Shown piece after piece: positions 46,995-56,861 of a stretch of DNA of 59,209 bases. Both the position numbers and the translations under genes were made by a program. Source of the DNA: a virus (taxonomy: Duplodnaviria > Caudoviricetes); the IMG/VR virus record IMGVR_UViG_3300027763_000068, positions 1 to 59,209 of that record. One strand, given 5' to 3'. Numbering within the stretch: the stretch's first letter is position 1; each line of letters begins with the position of its first letter. The notes below the pieces were generated by a model. The model was not told the origin of the DNA and did no database searches. It saw only the letters and a list, made by a program, of their open reading frames with translations.

Positions 46995-47396
46995 TTATAT
47001 GTCGTTTATATTTATACTAATATCAAATCTATAAGTACGCTTAGTACTGGGAAATACTTCAATCGGACTATCGCTTATAATTTGGGGGGAAACTATTTTT
47101 CCGCTGTCAGGAGCAATTTCTGGAGTTACCAATTCTCTCACTTTATAAACGGTACTGGCAATTGTTACTTCATCATTAACGGCAACTATGTCTCGCTTAT
47201 CTGCAACATCTAGTCTATAACCGGGACCTTCTGTGGTGGTTGATACCAGTCTTACTTTACCATTTGATTTAGTGTTTAAACTGGTGTAAAAAATATTATA
47301 ACTGTTTAAAGCTGGCTTAGTAACAGAAGTACCAGTGGTTGCTTGGTACTGTGATACAGAAAAAACTTCTTGAAATGATCCGGGATTGTATGCCAT
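46995..47396 (-). CDS. gp8 C-terminal-like protein
   Basis: 'PEIAPDSGKI...PI' resembles the end of cyanophage-type gp8; own AAGGA RBS. Confidence 0.5.
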   Translation of the reverse strand: MAYNPGSFQEVFSVSQYQATTGTSVTKPALNSYNIFYTSLNTKSNGKVRLVSTTTEGPGYRLDVADKRDIVAVNDEVTIASTVYKVRELVTPEIAPDSGKIVSPQIISDSPIEVFPSTKRTYRFDISININDI

Positions 47397-47406
47397 GTAT
47401 TATTCC

Positions 47407-48774
47407 TTATCCTACTTCAGTAAATGGTCCAGTTATAGCAAATGCGTTTGTTTGTAATGGTCTAAAATTACGATCACCTTCTGGGTAAATTGCTGTGGCT
47501 TCACTACCGTAAAATTGTGGATTACTTAATACCGCAAATTTAGTTATTTGTTGAACATTAACATTACTTGCAAGTTCGTCACTAGTTATTTGAGCCTTGA
47601 TTCTATACCTTTTTCCGGGAACTAATTGAGTTGGATCATTATAAAAATTACTTGGAAAATGTACCAATTTAATGTAATCATCCACAAAAGTGTTATTTAA
47701 GCTCCAGTCTGTTACTTCGGTATAGCCAGTACCAGACGCTAACAACTCAACACCAGTAACCGGATAACGACCAGTAGTTGGATCCAAGCCACTAGTCAGT
47801 ACTCTAACTCTGGCACCAGTTCCGGTTTTATCTTTAATTGTTATTTCTGGATTTTCTGTGGTTGTAGAAGTATATCCAGATAGAGTTAAACCACTTAAAT
47901 CTATACGTGCAGCCATTATACCGGTTTCGTTTGTGAAATTGTTAAGAAGATATAAGGCGTACTCTCTGCTTGAGCCCGGAACCAGCGTGTACTGTTCTTC
48001 TGTTAGTTCGTCTTTCAGTGTTTTTATTGTTTTTGTGGCTGGGCATAACGGATTTTCTAAAGGATGGGAACTGGTGATACCACCAGAAGTAACACCACTC
48101 AAGAAGATAACGTCTCTGTCTAAAGCATCTGCCAGCTTTTGACATTCAAAGCAGTCTGAAAAAATTACTTCATTAGTAACGTCACCTGCATTATAAACTT
48201 CTGATGTTACTTCATCTACGCTATTTTCTTTAAAATACAGACAGCAACAACCGTAAGAAGTTAATCCGGTACCACAAAGAGATTCGTATTTGTCTGAAAA
48301 AGAACTAAACGCTTGTGATTTTCCTAAATTTGGAATAGGAAGATCGGTTTTTGACAAAAATTCTAGTTGAGTGATGTCTGTTTTAAAATACGGAATCCAG
48401 CTGTATCCATCCTCATAAGTTTCAATTGTGGGAGTTGTATGTGATGGAATAACGGTAGAAATTGCAGATTCTTCGTCTATTCGGTTATTTGGTTTGTTGT
48501 CTGTACAGATATAAACTATTCTATTGCTGGTGTTATAAGCATAATAATTTGAAGTAATATCTGGACCCCATGCGGTATACACTTTTCCGTATTGCCATTC
48601 GTTATTGTCTGCAATTAATGCTCTTTCAGTTGCACCAATTCTTCTGGCAACCAAAGAGTCTGCAGTTGGATTGAATGAATTAGGGTCACTTTGGCCAGAT
48701 AAACCACCTAAAACCAAATGTAATTCTGGAAATTGTATCTCTTTTAAAAAGTTTTGTGATAATTTTTCGTTCAT
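47407..48774 (-). CDS. gp8: baseplate wedge protein (T4 gp8-like)
   Basis: 'WQYGKVY', 'VYICTDN', 'PSHT...DGYSW', 'GTGARV', 'GTGYT'. Confidence 0.75.
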   Translation of the reverse strand: MNEKLSQNFLKEIQFPELHLVLGGLSGQSDPNSFNPTADSLVARRIGATERALIADNNEWQYGKVYTAWGPDITSNYYAYNTSNRIVYICTDNKPNNRIDEESAISTVIPSHTTPTIETYEDGYSWIPYFKTDITQLEFLSKTDLPIPNLGKSQAFSSFSDKYESLCGTGLTSYGCCCLYFKENSVDEVTSEVYNAGDVTNEVIFSDCFECQKLADALDRDVIFLSGVTSGGITSSHPLENPLCPATKTIKTLKDELTEEQYTLVPGSSREYALYLLNNFTNETGIMAARIDLSGLTLSGYTSTTTENPEITIKDKTGTGARVRVLTSGLDPTTGRYPVTGVELLASGTGYTEVTDWSLNNTFVDDYIKLVHFPSNFYNDPTQLVPGKRYRIKAQITSDELASNVNVQQITKFAVLSNPQFYGSEATAIYPEGDRNFRPLQTNAFAITGPFTEVG

Positions 48775-48775
48775 A

Positions 48776-49897
48776 TTATGAGCAGGTTAATCCTGTGTTT
48801 GGATAACTTTGTCCTTCTTTTGGTGTTAAATATAAGAAATCACCAATATTTATCTCTCCAAATGACATGCCTGGATAATACTTACTGGATATTTCTGCAT
48901 CCCAACTGGGGAAAACGTATATTGGTTGACCAGTAACGCCACCATAGGCTCCAGAACAACCAAATGTATACCCAATACTTGCAGTAGACCCTAGTTTATA
49001 CAAAGCATAATTTGCCAAAAATGGCAATTCACTTTTTACGTTACTAGTAGCGTCTGATACATTATTAAATATATCTTGTCTTACTTGGAAGAAATCTTTA
49101 GTACCAGCAGGATGTAATATTGGTTTTACTACATTTTCATAAGCTTCTAAAGACACACCAGAAACGTTAACCACGTAAGAATGTTCTTGCCACAAATCAT
49201 TATCGTAAAGAACAGAATAATTTAAATAACTGCCTGTTAATTGTGGATAAAAGTCATCAAGATTGGTGGAATAATTGGTAGCAGAAGCCAGATTATCTGA
49301 CATCCAATCGTATCTGCCTCCGTTTAATCGTAAAACGTATCGTTTAGGATAAGATATTGATATTAAATCTGGATCTACACCAAAAAATTGATTAATTACG
49401 TATTTAAATCCGTCTTCTGCTCCCTTTTTAGAGTAAAGATTTACTTTAATGTTATCAATAATATTTTTAACTTTTTCCGGGCTAACAATATTGTTATTAA
49501 TAGAATCAGCGGGTAAAGCATTTAAATAAGTATTAGATAAATGTTCAATTAATTCGTCTGGAATATTTTCTAAATCTATAAGATCTTCTAAACGAAAAAA
49601 ACTTAAAGTGTTTATATCTTTAGTATTGCAAGTTAACCACTGATAATATTTTTGGGTCAAGGATATTAAAACAGAATCACCATTAGAAGTTAATCTTAAC
49701 CAGTACGGAAAAAGTTCTCGTATATTTAAAGGGTAATTACAAGAAGTGGTTAAATCTACTGTTGGAGCGTAATAAGAAGCTACCGGTTGTGCTAATGATT
49801 TAAATTGAGCTGTCGGTTCTGTATCGAGAGTAGAAAGGTCTCGATTTGTACCGTATTCTTTGTTTTGTTTATTTTTATTGAAGAATAATAGTATCAT
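48776..49897 (-). CDS. baseplate wedge protein (gp7-like)
   Basis: 'QKYYQWL', 'LYSKKG', 'YPK', 'WQEHSYV', 'VKPILHPAG'; follows gp6. Confidence 0.72.
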   Translation of the reverse strand: MILLFFNKNKQNKEYGTNRDLSTLDTEPTAQFKSLAQPVASYYAPTVDLTTSCNYPLNIRELFPYWLRLTSNGDSVLISLTQKYYQWLTCNTKDINTLSFFRLEDLIDLENIPDELIEHLSNTYLNALPADSINNNIVSPEKVKNIIDNIKVNLYSKKGAEDGFKYVINQFFGVDPDLISISYPKRYVLRLNGGRYDWMSDNLASATNYSTNLDDFYPQLTGSYLNYSVLYDNDLWQEHSYVVNVSGVSLEAYENVVKPILHPAGTKDFFQVRQDIFNNVSDATSNVKSELPFLANYALYKLGSTASIGYTFGCSGAYGGVTGQPIYVFPSWDAEISSKYYPGMSFGEINIGDFLYLTPKEGQSYPNTGLTCS

Positions 49898-49902
49898 TTA
49901 TA

Positions 49903-51621
49903 TTATGCTCCGGTTACTGTTGCCGAAACATTAACTAAAAATTCATTTTTTATTGTTATTGAATCTGTGTATTTTGGTTTTGCTGTCACGGTTATGTCTG
50001 TGCCAGCCAATAAAACATTACCGTTAATAGCAACACTACCTATAGAATAATCAACAGATCCTAAATTACCAAAACTATTAATTATTGCTCCGGTTGAAGC
50101 GTTGCGTGCCACCAAATATCCTTCAGTGCTGTTTATCTTTTGGTCCACCAAATTTATTGTTACTCCTTTGTAACTAAAAGAAGTAGAAAACACAACTGCT
50201 CCTGCTGTGGAAGGATCATTTAATTGATTTTTAAAGTATAGTGCTTTATCAGAACCAGAACCTTTTACCACCAATAATAGACTAGCAGAACTCATATCTA
50301 CTCGTCTTACGCTGGAATAATTATCGGTTATTAGGTTTTTTATATCGGTTAGTACTACTGAATTATTAAAAATCAAAGTGGTATTATAATTATCTTCTAT
50401 TAATTTTTTGATACCCGCTAATTCTGCAGTACTTGCTCCAGTCGCAATAATAGACAACTGTGCTGTAATTGTTTGTGGTTGAACATATTCTGGAAGAACG
50501 GTAACCACTGATTTATTTTTTAAGAAAGCTATGCTCTTCTTGACAGAAGCAGTATTTGTTGTTAATGTGGTATCTGCATATGAAATAAACACTCTTCCAA
50601 ATGCTGGAGGATCTGCTTCTTCGCCACCCCAAACATTTACTTGCTCGGATTGTGTTATTGAGGATGGTAGAATATTTGAAGAAAATAATAAACCATAATA
50701 ATCGTCTTTAGTTACTGCACGATCATTTGCTGCAAACATTTTGGGGGCAAAGAATTTTACAAGATTTAAATCTACACCATCCGTACCACCAGCAGACTTG
50801 CTTGTTGATGATGCAGTAACTTTACTATTTTTGATTGAAGTTATATTGTTGGCAACCGTTCCAGACGGTACCATATAAGAAACAGTAACCACATCATTTT
50901 CTGTAATTTGTTTACCAAAGGTTGCTTGATAATCGTTTAAAGTTTTTTTACCAAATATTATGTAAAAACCTGAAGAAGTTCTGTCTAAGAAATAAACTTC
51001 ACTGTCTGGTCCTGGATCAGCTTGAAATGCACTATACTGTGCCCATGCAGTTCCATTAACTTTCACAGTCAATGTGTTTAAATCTATATTTGTATTACCC
51101 AAAAATCCTTTTTGATCTGTGATATCAACCACTATTTGTAAATTATTAGCAACCGTCCTGCCTTCGTACAGTACAATATTAGTACTTGCTCCGGACGCCA
51201 AGCTATAATTTTGTATTGGATAAAATTTATAAGAAGCACCCGATGTGCTTAAAGCAGTGAAAAAATCAGTGTAAGCGGTTAGAGTATCGGTTGTAGATAC
51301 AGACTTGACTGTCATTTCTGTTTTAGAAGCAGATTTACCGGTAACAAGATACCCTAGAGGTTTTACTAATGAAACTATATTATTTTCTATCTGAGCGGTA
51401 TCTAAGAAAGTTTCATTACCAATCATATTACTGTAAAAAGAGTAGTACAATGTATTATAAGATAAAATATCTAACAATACATTAATACCGGCTCCATCAA
51501 AGTCATATCCTTCAAAGGTAAGAGTACCATCGGCGTTCTTTAAACCACTTAAATAGGTCTTTAAAGACGTTTTGATGCTGTCAAAGTCTAATGATGAGAT
51601 GTTTATTTTAGGATTAGCCAT
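49903..51621 (-). CDS. gp6: baseplate wedge protein (T4 gp6)
   Basis: 'LDFDSIKTSLK', 'YDFDGAG..VLLDILSYNT', 'NETFLDTA', 'RAVTKDDY', 'VWGGEE..PP.FGRVFIS'. Confidence 0.95.
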   Translation of the reverse strand: MANPKINISSLDFDSIKTSLKTYLSGLKNADGTLTFEGYDFDGAGINVLLDILSYNTLYYSFYSNMIGNETFLDTAQIENNIVSLVKPLGYLVTGKSASKTEMTVKSVSTTDTLTAYTDFFTALSTSGASYKFYPIQNYSLASGASTNIVLYEGRTVANNLQIVVDITDQKGFLGNTNIDLNTLTVKVNGTAWAQYSAFQADPGPDSEVYFLDRTSSGFYIIFGKKTLNDYQATFGKQITENDVVTVSYMVPSGTVANNITSIKNSKVTASSTSKSAGGTDGVDLNLVKFFAPKMFAANDRAVTKDDYYGLLFSSNILPSSITQSEQVNVWGGEEADPPAFGRVFISYADTTLTTNTASVKKSIAFLKNKSVVTVLPEYVQPQTITAQLSIIATGASTAELAGIKKLIEDNYNTTLIFNNSVVLTDIKNLITDNYSSVRRVDMSSASLLLVVKGSGSDKALYFKNQLNDPSTAGAVVFSTSFSYKGVTINLVDQKINSTEGYLVARNASTGAIINSFGNLGSVDYSIGSVAINGNVLLAGTDITVTAKPKYTDSITIKNEFLVNVSATVTGA

Positions 51622-52001
51622 TACTTGTCGTTACCTACTGTTAGAGTGATACTTTTTGTTATAGATTGATCATAGACAGGAGAATATGTTATTTCTATAT
51701 TCCAATAACCCAAATTAGAATCTGTAATATTTAGGCTTTGAACAATAGCTCTAGGTTCGTGTACTCCTATAGCAGCTGTCAATTCTTTTTCTTTCAGTCT
51801 TGTACGCAAAGGAGATAACTGATTAAAAACTAAATCGTAAGCGTTTCCACCAAAAGTAAAATCAAAGAATCGTTCTCCTTTGGTTGTTAATATTATATTT
51901 TTAATAGACTGGCCTATTGCAGCAATATCCAATTTATAATTAATATCGTTGGTTATTTCGTTTTTAGTTAGATATAGATCTATGTCTGTGTATTTTGCCA
52001 T
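51621..52001 (-). CDS. gp25: baseplate wedge protein (T4 gp25)
   Basis: 'YTDIDL', 'AIGQSIKNIILT.KGERFF...FG', 'HEPR'. Confidence 0.93.
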   Translation of the reverse strand: MAKYTDIDLYLTKNEITNDINYKLDIAAIGQSIKNIILTTKGERFFDFTFGGNAYDLVFNQLSPLRTRLKEKELTAAIGVHEPRAIVQSLNITDSNLGYWNIEITYSPVYDQSITKSITLTVGNDK

Positions 52002-52002
52002 T

Positions 52003-52866
52003 TTATGCTACTCCGTCTCGCATAAGATAGAGATACATGGAATGTTTTTGTGCTGTTAAGATTCTTTGTATTTTGTAAATCATCCAACGACCACCAAAAT
52101 TAAAGTAATCTACATTTACCATTCTTCCTGGTCTAGCGTTAAAATTACCGTGAACAAGAATTTTAATTCTTTGAGTGTTCATTAATGTGGTTTGAGCTCT
52201 TCTAAGAAGTGGTGTTTTTGGTGGAGTGTTCCAAAATGTAGCCGCAGTTTTTGAATATTCTTTATAGTATTTAAAATATGGACCAATTAAACTGGTATTT
52301 CCACAATCTACCGTATTATCTAAAACTTCACTGGAATCTGGTGGAAATGGCGATTCACCAAATAATTTTCGTTTATCGTAATTGTAATAATATTTTTTAT
52401 CTGATGTAGCAACCAACTGTTCACCACCACCGGCATCACCACCACTGTCAGTATTAATTTCTACTTCAACATACGGTTTCCAATCAGCATTTACACCACT
52501 AACAGCAGTAAATTTTTGTTCAGTAGGACTATCACAATTTGTGCAATTATAGTCTGCATGGGGATTGCCGTAATCTATTCCAATCCAATCAGTGTTTAAT
52601 TTTTGTTTAATTAATAAACACTCGCTTGTTCCATTTTTTAATTCTGCCAGATAGGTATCGCTTGGTTCTGCATCAGAAGGTTTTAATTCTGCAACTTTAT
52701 CTGGACATGTGCAGTACGGTTGATCTTTAGGGCAGTTTATATTAGAAACTGGCCCATACGGACTCATACAAGAATACTTATTATCCGTATAAAAAGAATT
52801 TATTCCTTTTTTATACGGAGGATACGAGTATTCGTCGCTTGTTGTGTTGTATGGAAATTGAGACAT
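52003..52866 (-). CDS. baseplate hub C-terminal-like protein (gp27-like end) with Cys-rich N-terminus
   Basis: 'IKILVHGNFNARPG...GRWMIYKI...LMRDG'; start set to MSQFPY after a TAAATA element. Confidence 0.55.
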   Translation of the reverse strand: MSQFPYNTTSDEYSYPPYKKGINSFYTDNKYSCMSPYGPVSNINCPKDQPYCTCPDKVAELKPSDAEPSDTYLAELKNGTSECLLIKQKLNTDWIGIDYGNPHADYNCTNCDSPTEQKFTAVSGVNADWKPYVEVEINTDSGGDAGGGEQLVATSDKKYYYNYDKRKLFGESPFPPDSSEVLDNTVDCGNTSLIGPYFKYYKEYSKTAATFWNTPPKTPLLRRAQTTLMNTQRIKILVHGNFNARPGRMVNVDYFNFGGRWMIYKIQRILTAQKHSMYLYLMRDGVA

Positions 52867-52886
52867 TTTTATTATATATTTAATGT

Positions 52887-55019
52887 TTAACAGTCGGCAC
52901 ACAAACCGTCATGGCCGTTTTCTACATCAAACAAATATAAATTATCTGTTGGTATTGATGTTTTTTGTGTGTAAATATCAGAACTTGCTAGTGATATACT
53001 TTGTATTCCCGTTAATGTTTGTTTTGGTATTCTGTACATTTGTACTATTCTACCACCAAAATAAAAATCATCGGTAAAAGGTTGGGTTCCATCGTCGTCA
53101 AATGCAGGTGGACAATCACCAGTTAGAACTCTAAATTTACCTACTGGCATCATTGCAAAATTATTAGGATATGATGATAATGATCCTTTGTTAGCCGTTA
53201 CTCCTAAACCATCACTAATGCCCGGATTCATCATTAATGTCCAAGGACCGGCATTACCACCATACAATTCAAAATCATCGGGAATTCTTGAGTTTAAAAT
53301 TTCATTTAAATTATAAGCTCTGGTGTCTGGAAATTCTTCTATGTTTGGTTCTGGTGGTGCCATTCCTTGTGCTGCACCTTGTGGTTTAATGAAAACAAAC
53401 GGAAAACTATTATCTTCAAACTCTATTATTTGATAAAATGAATCAGATAATATGCTTGCAGCTTGATCTCTTGGCCAAAATTCTACTTCAGTCCATGTGT
53501 ATTTCCACACACCACTGGAATCTTTTTCTATATCTTGATCTACTTCGTAATTTATTGCACCATTACTGCCATAAATTTTTTCTGCACCAGTTAATACCGC
53601 AAAGAATGTTTCAGGAACTGGTCTTACACAACAAACACTATTTTTATAAACTTCCCATTTTTTCTTTAATCTTTTTGCTTGTGCGTATTCTTGGCGAGTT
53701 GTAATTAAAGGCCATTTGATCGTTCTCCAAATTTTCTTTAACCAACCACCAGGCAACTCACAAAAATCTGATTCTGATCTCCAAAAATTATTTTCCAGTC
53801 TTTCTGGTTCGATTTCAAAAGTTTCATCACCAACATAAGAATCGTATCTATCATAATAGTTCCACCAAGGAGATTCTAAACTATTATACGGATAAGAATA
53901 ATAACCGTAATTAGTATCAGTAATGCGACAAGTTGTACTAAGAGCTCCAGGATAATTTTTAATTGGATCTTTTGCTATCTTTTTCCAATCTCCACCTTCA
54001 TCTCCGTAATCGTATTTGTATAACACTTTACTTAATTGACCGTTAGTATCCAAAAAGTCGCTATAGATATCATCCCATCTAGGTTTAACACGCAAATATT
54101 CTCCGATAAAAGCACCTTTATCAAATAAATTTGGTGGACTTATTGCGTTTATAACTTCAAAAGAAACTATAGCGTTTGCTGCATTTTCGTCTAGTACTGG
54201 ACTAAAAGATAAATGAGGATACGTTTCTTTTTCATACTCTTCCACTAGGCTTTCAATACATCTAAAATTCCAGTTGTATAGATCTTCCCAAAAGAAAAAA
54301 TTAACTGCTTTTGGATTTTTGGCGTAACAAGCGTACTCAGCAACGTAATTCATTATTTGTGAAAGTCTGGAAGTATTACCAGCTTTAGACCAAGGGTAAA
54401 GAAACGGATCGTGTTTATACCAGATATCGTTGAATGTGGGATCTGCTTTTAGTTCCTTGTTTGGATTTACTTTAGATATTATATCTTGAATAAACCCATC
54501 CATTGGTTCTTCAGATTTTTGTAAATCAATACCTTCAACAAATTCTTCTTTATCATAATCTGCAGTTTTTGATATTTTACCAATAAAATCTTGTACGTAT
54601 GTGGTATCAAAATTTCTATACAAAAACAGTTTAGAAGCAAAACGAACAATAATTTTAGCTGGCCGTCCGTCTGGTCCTGTTAAACGCTTTGAAGCTAGAT
54701 CTGTAGGCACCTGAATATCCACAATATCAAATTCAAAAGTTTCTGTTTCATTTGCTGAAATATTGTGTGTAATTTTTACAACATTATCAAAACTTAATTT
54801 ATTAGCGTAAGAAAGATTAGGACTAGGATCTACAAACTCTATAGAACCAAAAATAGACTCAGCAAACATGTCTTCATCTATAGTAATTTGTTCAAATAAT
54901 ACTGGTTCATAATTTGGATCTCCTGTATCACTTTTTGGATCTTTTGGAAATATTTCTAAATTACCAATCGTGACTTTTAAACCAATAATGTTAGGAAATG
55001 GTATGTTCGGTTCGCTCAT
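52887..55019 (-). CDS. baseplate hub protein (gp27-like N-terminal part) with extra C-terminal domain
   Basis: 'ITIDEDMF..SIFGSIEFVD', 'FFFWEDL..WNFRCIESL'; position between gp53 and gp25. Confidence 0.6.
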   Translation of the reverse strand: MSEPNIPFPNIIGLKVTIGNLEIFPKDPKSDTGDPNYEPVLFEQITIDEDMFAESIFGSIEFVDPSPNLSYANKLSFDNVVKITHNISANETETFEFDIVDIQVPTDLASKRLTGPDGRPAKIIVRFASKLFLYRNFDTTYVQDFIGKISKTADYDKEEFVEGIDLQKSEEPMDGFIQDIISKVNPNKELKADPTFNDIWYKHDPFLYPWSKAGNTSRLSQIMNYVAEYACYAKNPKAVNFFFWEDLYNWNFRCIESLVEEYEKETYPHLSFSPVLDENAANAIVSFEVINAISPPNLFDKGAFIGEYLRVKPRWDDIYSDFLDTNGQLSKVLYKYDYGDEGGDWKKIAKDPIKNYPGALSTTCRITDTNYGYYSYPYNSLESPWWNYYDRYDSYVGDETFEIEPERLENNFWRSESDFCELPGGWLKKIWRTIKWPLITTRQEYAQAKRLKKKWEVYKNSVCCVRPVPETFFAVLTGAEKIYGSNGAINYEVDQDIEKDSSGVWKYTWTEVEFWPRDQAASILSDSFYQIIEFEDNSFPFVFIKPQGAAQGMAPPEPNIEEFPDTRAYNLNEILNSRIPDDFELYGGNAGPWTLMMNPGISDGLGVTANKGSLSSYPNNFAMMPVGKFRVLTGDCPPAFDDDGTQPFTDDFYFGGRIVQMYRIPKQTLTGIQSISLASSDIYTQKTSIPTDNLYLFDVENGHDGLCADC

Positions 55020-56861
55020 AATTCACTTATTTTAATTTTATTATCTGTATTACTTTTTAATAAATTTGCCACTGCAGTTTGTAGGTTATTAACACCGGTT
55101 TGACTTAATTGCTTAATCTGTGTTTTATTGTAAAGGTCATTATCTAAAAGTTCTTTTCTTAAAGTTACAAAGTCATCATTGTCATTTGCTTGCTGATAAC
55201 CGGAAATGTATGTGTTTTGCCAATTATTATTAGAACCAATATTTAATATCTGGCCACCTTGTTGTATGTATTTTGTTGAATCCAAATATCTTTGAATACC
55301 AAGTAATTGATTTTGAATTGTTCTTATTTGAACATATTTGTTTTTAGCCGAATCGTATCTCCAAACAGAAACTATAGTACCTGAAGGATCATCAAATGAT
55401 ACTGGAAGTGTGTCTGGGAATTGATAAGTTTTTACAAATATTCTTTTGTATTGATTATCAACAGTCTCAACTACTCCCAGATATTTTTTATTTGTGTCTG
55501 TTCCTCTTAATATGATGTGATCGTAACCAGAATCTATTTGTGAAAAAGCACCGCTCAAACCTAAAGCAGTCACCTTTTCTAATGTTTGACCAGCACATCC
55601 AGCATCACCGTATTTTAATATATTACCCCAAACAACTAGTTGTTTGTTGGTATTAATACCAGCAGAATGGTATCGCCCTGCTGAAACTGTAGTATATGTT
55701 CCTGTAGGAATGTTTAACTGGCCGTCTGCAGTTGCTCCCCAAGCGTATGCAGTACCATTAGAATGCACAGCAAGGGCGTGATTATAAGTGGCAGACACCA
55801 TGGTGATACCAGTAACGCCTGCTGGAACAACTAGTTGTTGATACGTATTTGAACCCCAAGCAGTAAGACCGTAGTTTGCGCCTAAAATACCAACACAGAA
55901 TCCAGCACCACAATCAGCATCATAAAAAGTTACTCCTGCTGGCGCAGATGTACCAAAATTTACAAGAGTTCCGTTTTCTTTTATTGCTACACCACCAGAT
56001 AAATCACTGGTCCACGCGGTTTTAACTATTCCAGTTGCACCAGAAGCAGCCACTGTGAAATCATCACACTCATCACCAAAACAATACATGGAACCGTCTT
56101 TAACGGCAACAATTCTGTCACCAGAAGCGTCAATGTAAGAGTAGTTTCCTGTTTTGGATTTGTAAAGTTCTCCAAATTTATTAAAAGAACCAGTATACTC
56201 ATCAGTGGCTGGTAGATATTCCAGCCAATCCTATATCTTTACCCCAGGCGTAAATGTAACCTCTAGAGTCTAAACAAGAACTAAAATAATTGCCATTGGA
56301 TATTTGAGTAATATTTGGTTGTTGATTAAATGTGTCTGGGATTATGGATTGACCGTATTGTGGAGAACCGCACGAAGACTCGGATGTCACGCCGCCAGCA
56401 CCATAACATTTAATACTAAATGGACCAGTGCCTGTTTCGTAGATTAGTATATCGCCTGCAGATATACCATCAAGATTAGTTCCAGTATACCCCTTTAAAA
56501 AATCACCAGTAAACCCAGTGGAACCAGCTGCTGGGATAAAATCAGAGATGTTAGCAAACTGATACACCCAACCATCGTATTCCAATTCTATTTGAGAATT
56601 GTAACTTTCTTGTGTTTGGGCCCAGTCACGTAACGGATTTCTTACACCATTAACTAAAAATAAAGACCAGTAGTACTGAGGATCATTATATAAACGATAA
56701 GAAACTTGATCGGCGCGTTCACCTGGTTGTGCCTGAGTTGTAAGAATTGCTCCCGGACGGTCAAACACCAAATTTATAGACTTAAAAATATTGGTAACTT
56801 CGTAAGTTCCACCATCAAATCCATACTGTATTTTAGGAAAGAATTGAAACATTAACTCCAC
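55016..56861 (-). CDS. gp53: baseplate wedge gp53 with inserted RCC1-like repeats, interrupted by a +1 frameshift near 56202-56230
   Basis: N-terminal 'FQFFPKIQY...GERADQVSYRLYNDPQYYWSLFLVN..RNPLRDW'; second frame open 56230-55016 with 'AWG.N..Q', 'VSAGRYHS', 'DSGYDH' repeats. Confidence 0.75.

Noticed and set aside
1613-53704. Numerous short + strand ORFs in the track (e.g. 9833-10138, 19937-20194, 28965-29360, 39571-40008)
   Set aside because: Antisense shadows of well-supported minus-strand genes with no recognisable motifs
56190-56210. TGA stop-codon reassignment or readthrough in gp53
   Set aside because: In-frame TGA TGA is followed shortly by TAA, the continuation is in another frame, and TGA ends many genes normally
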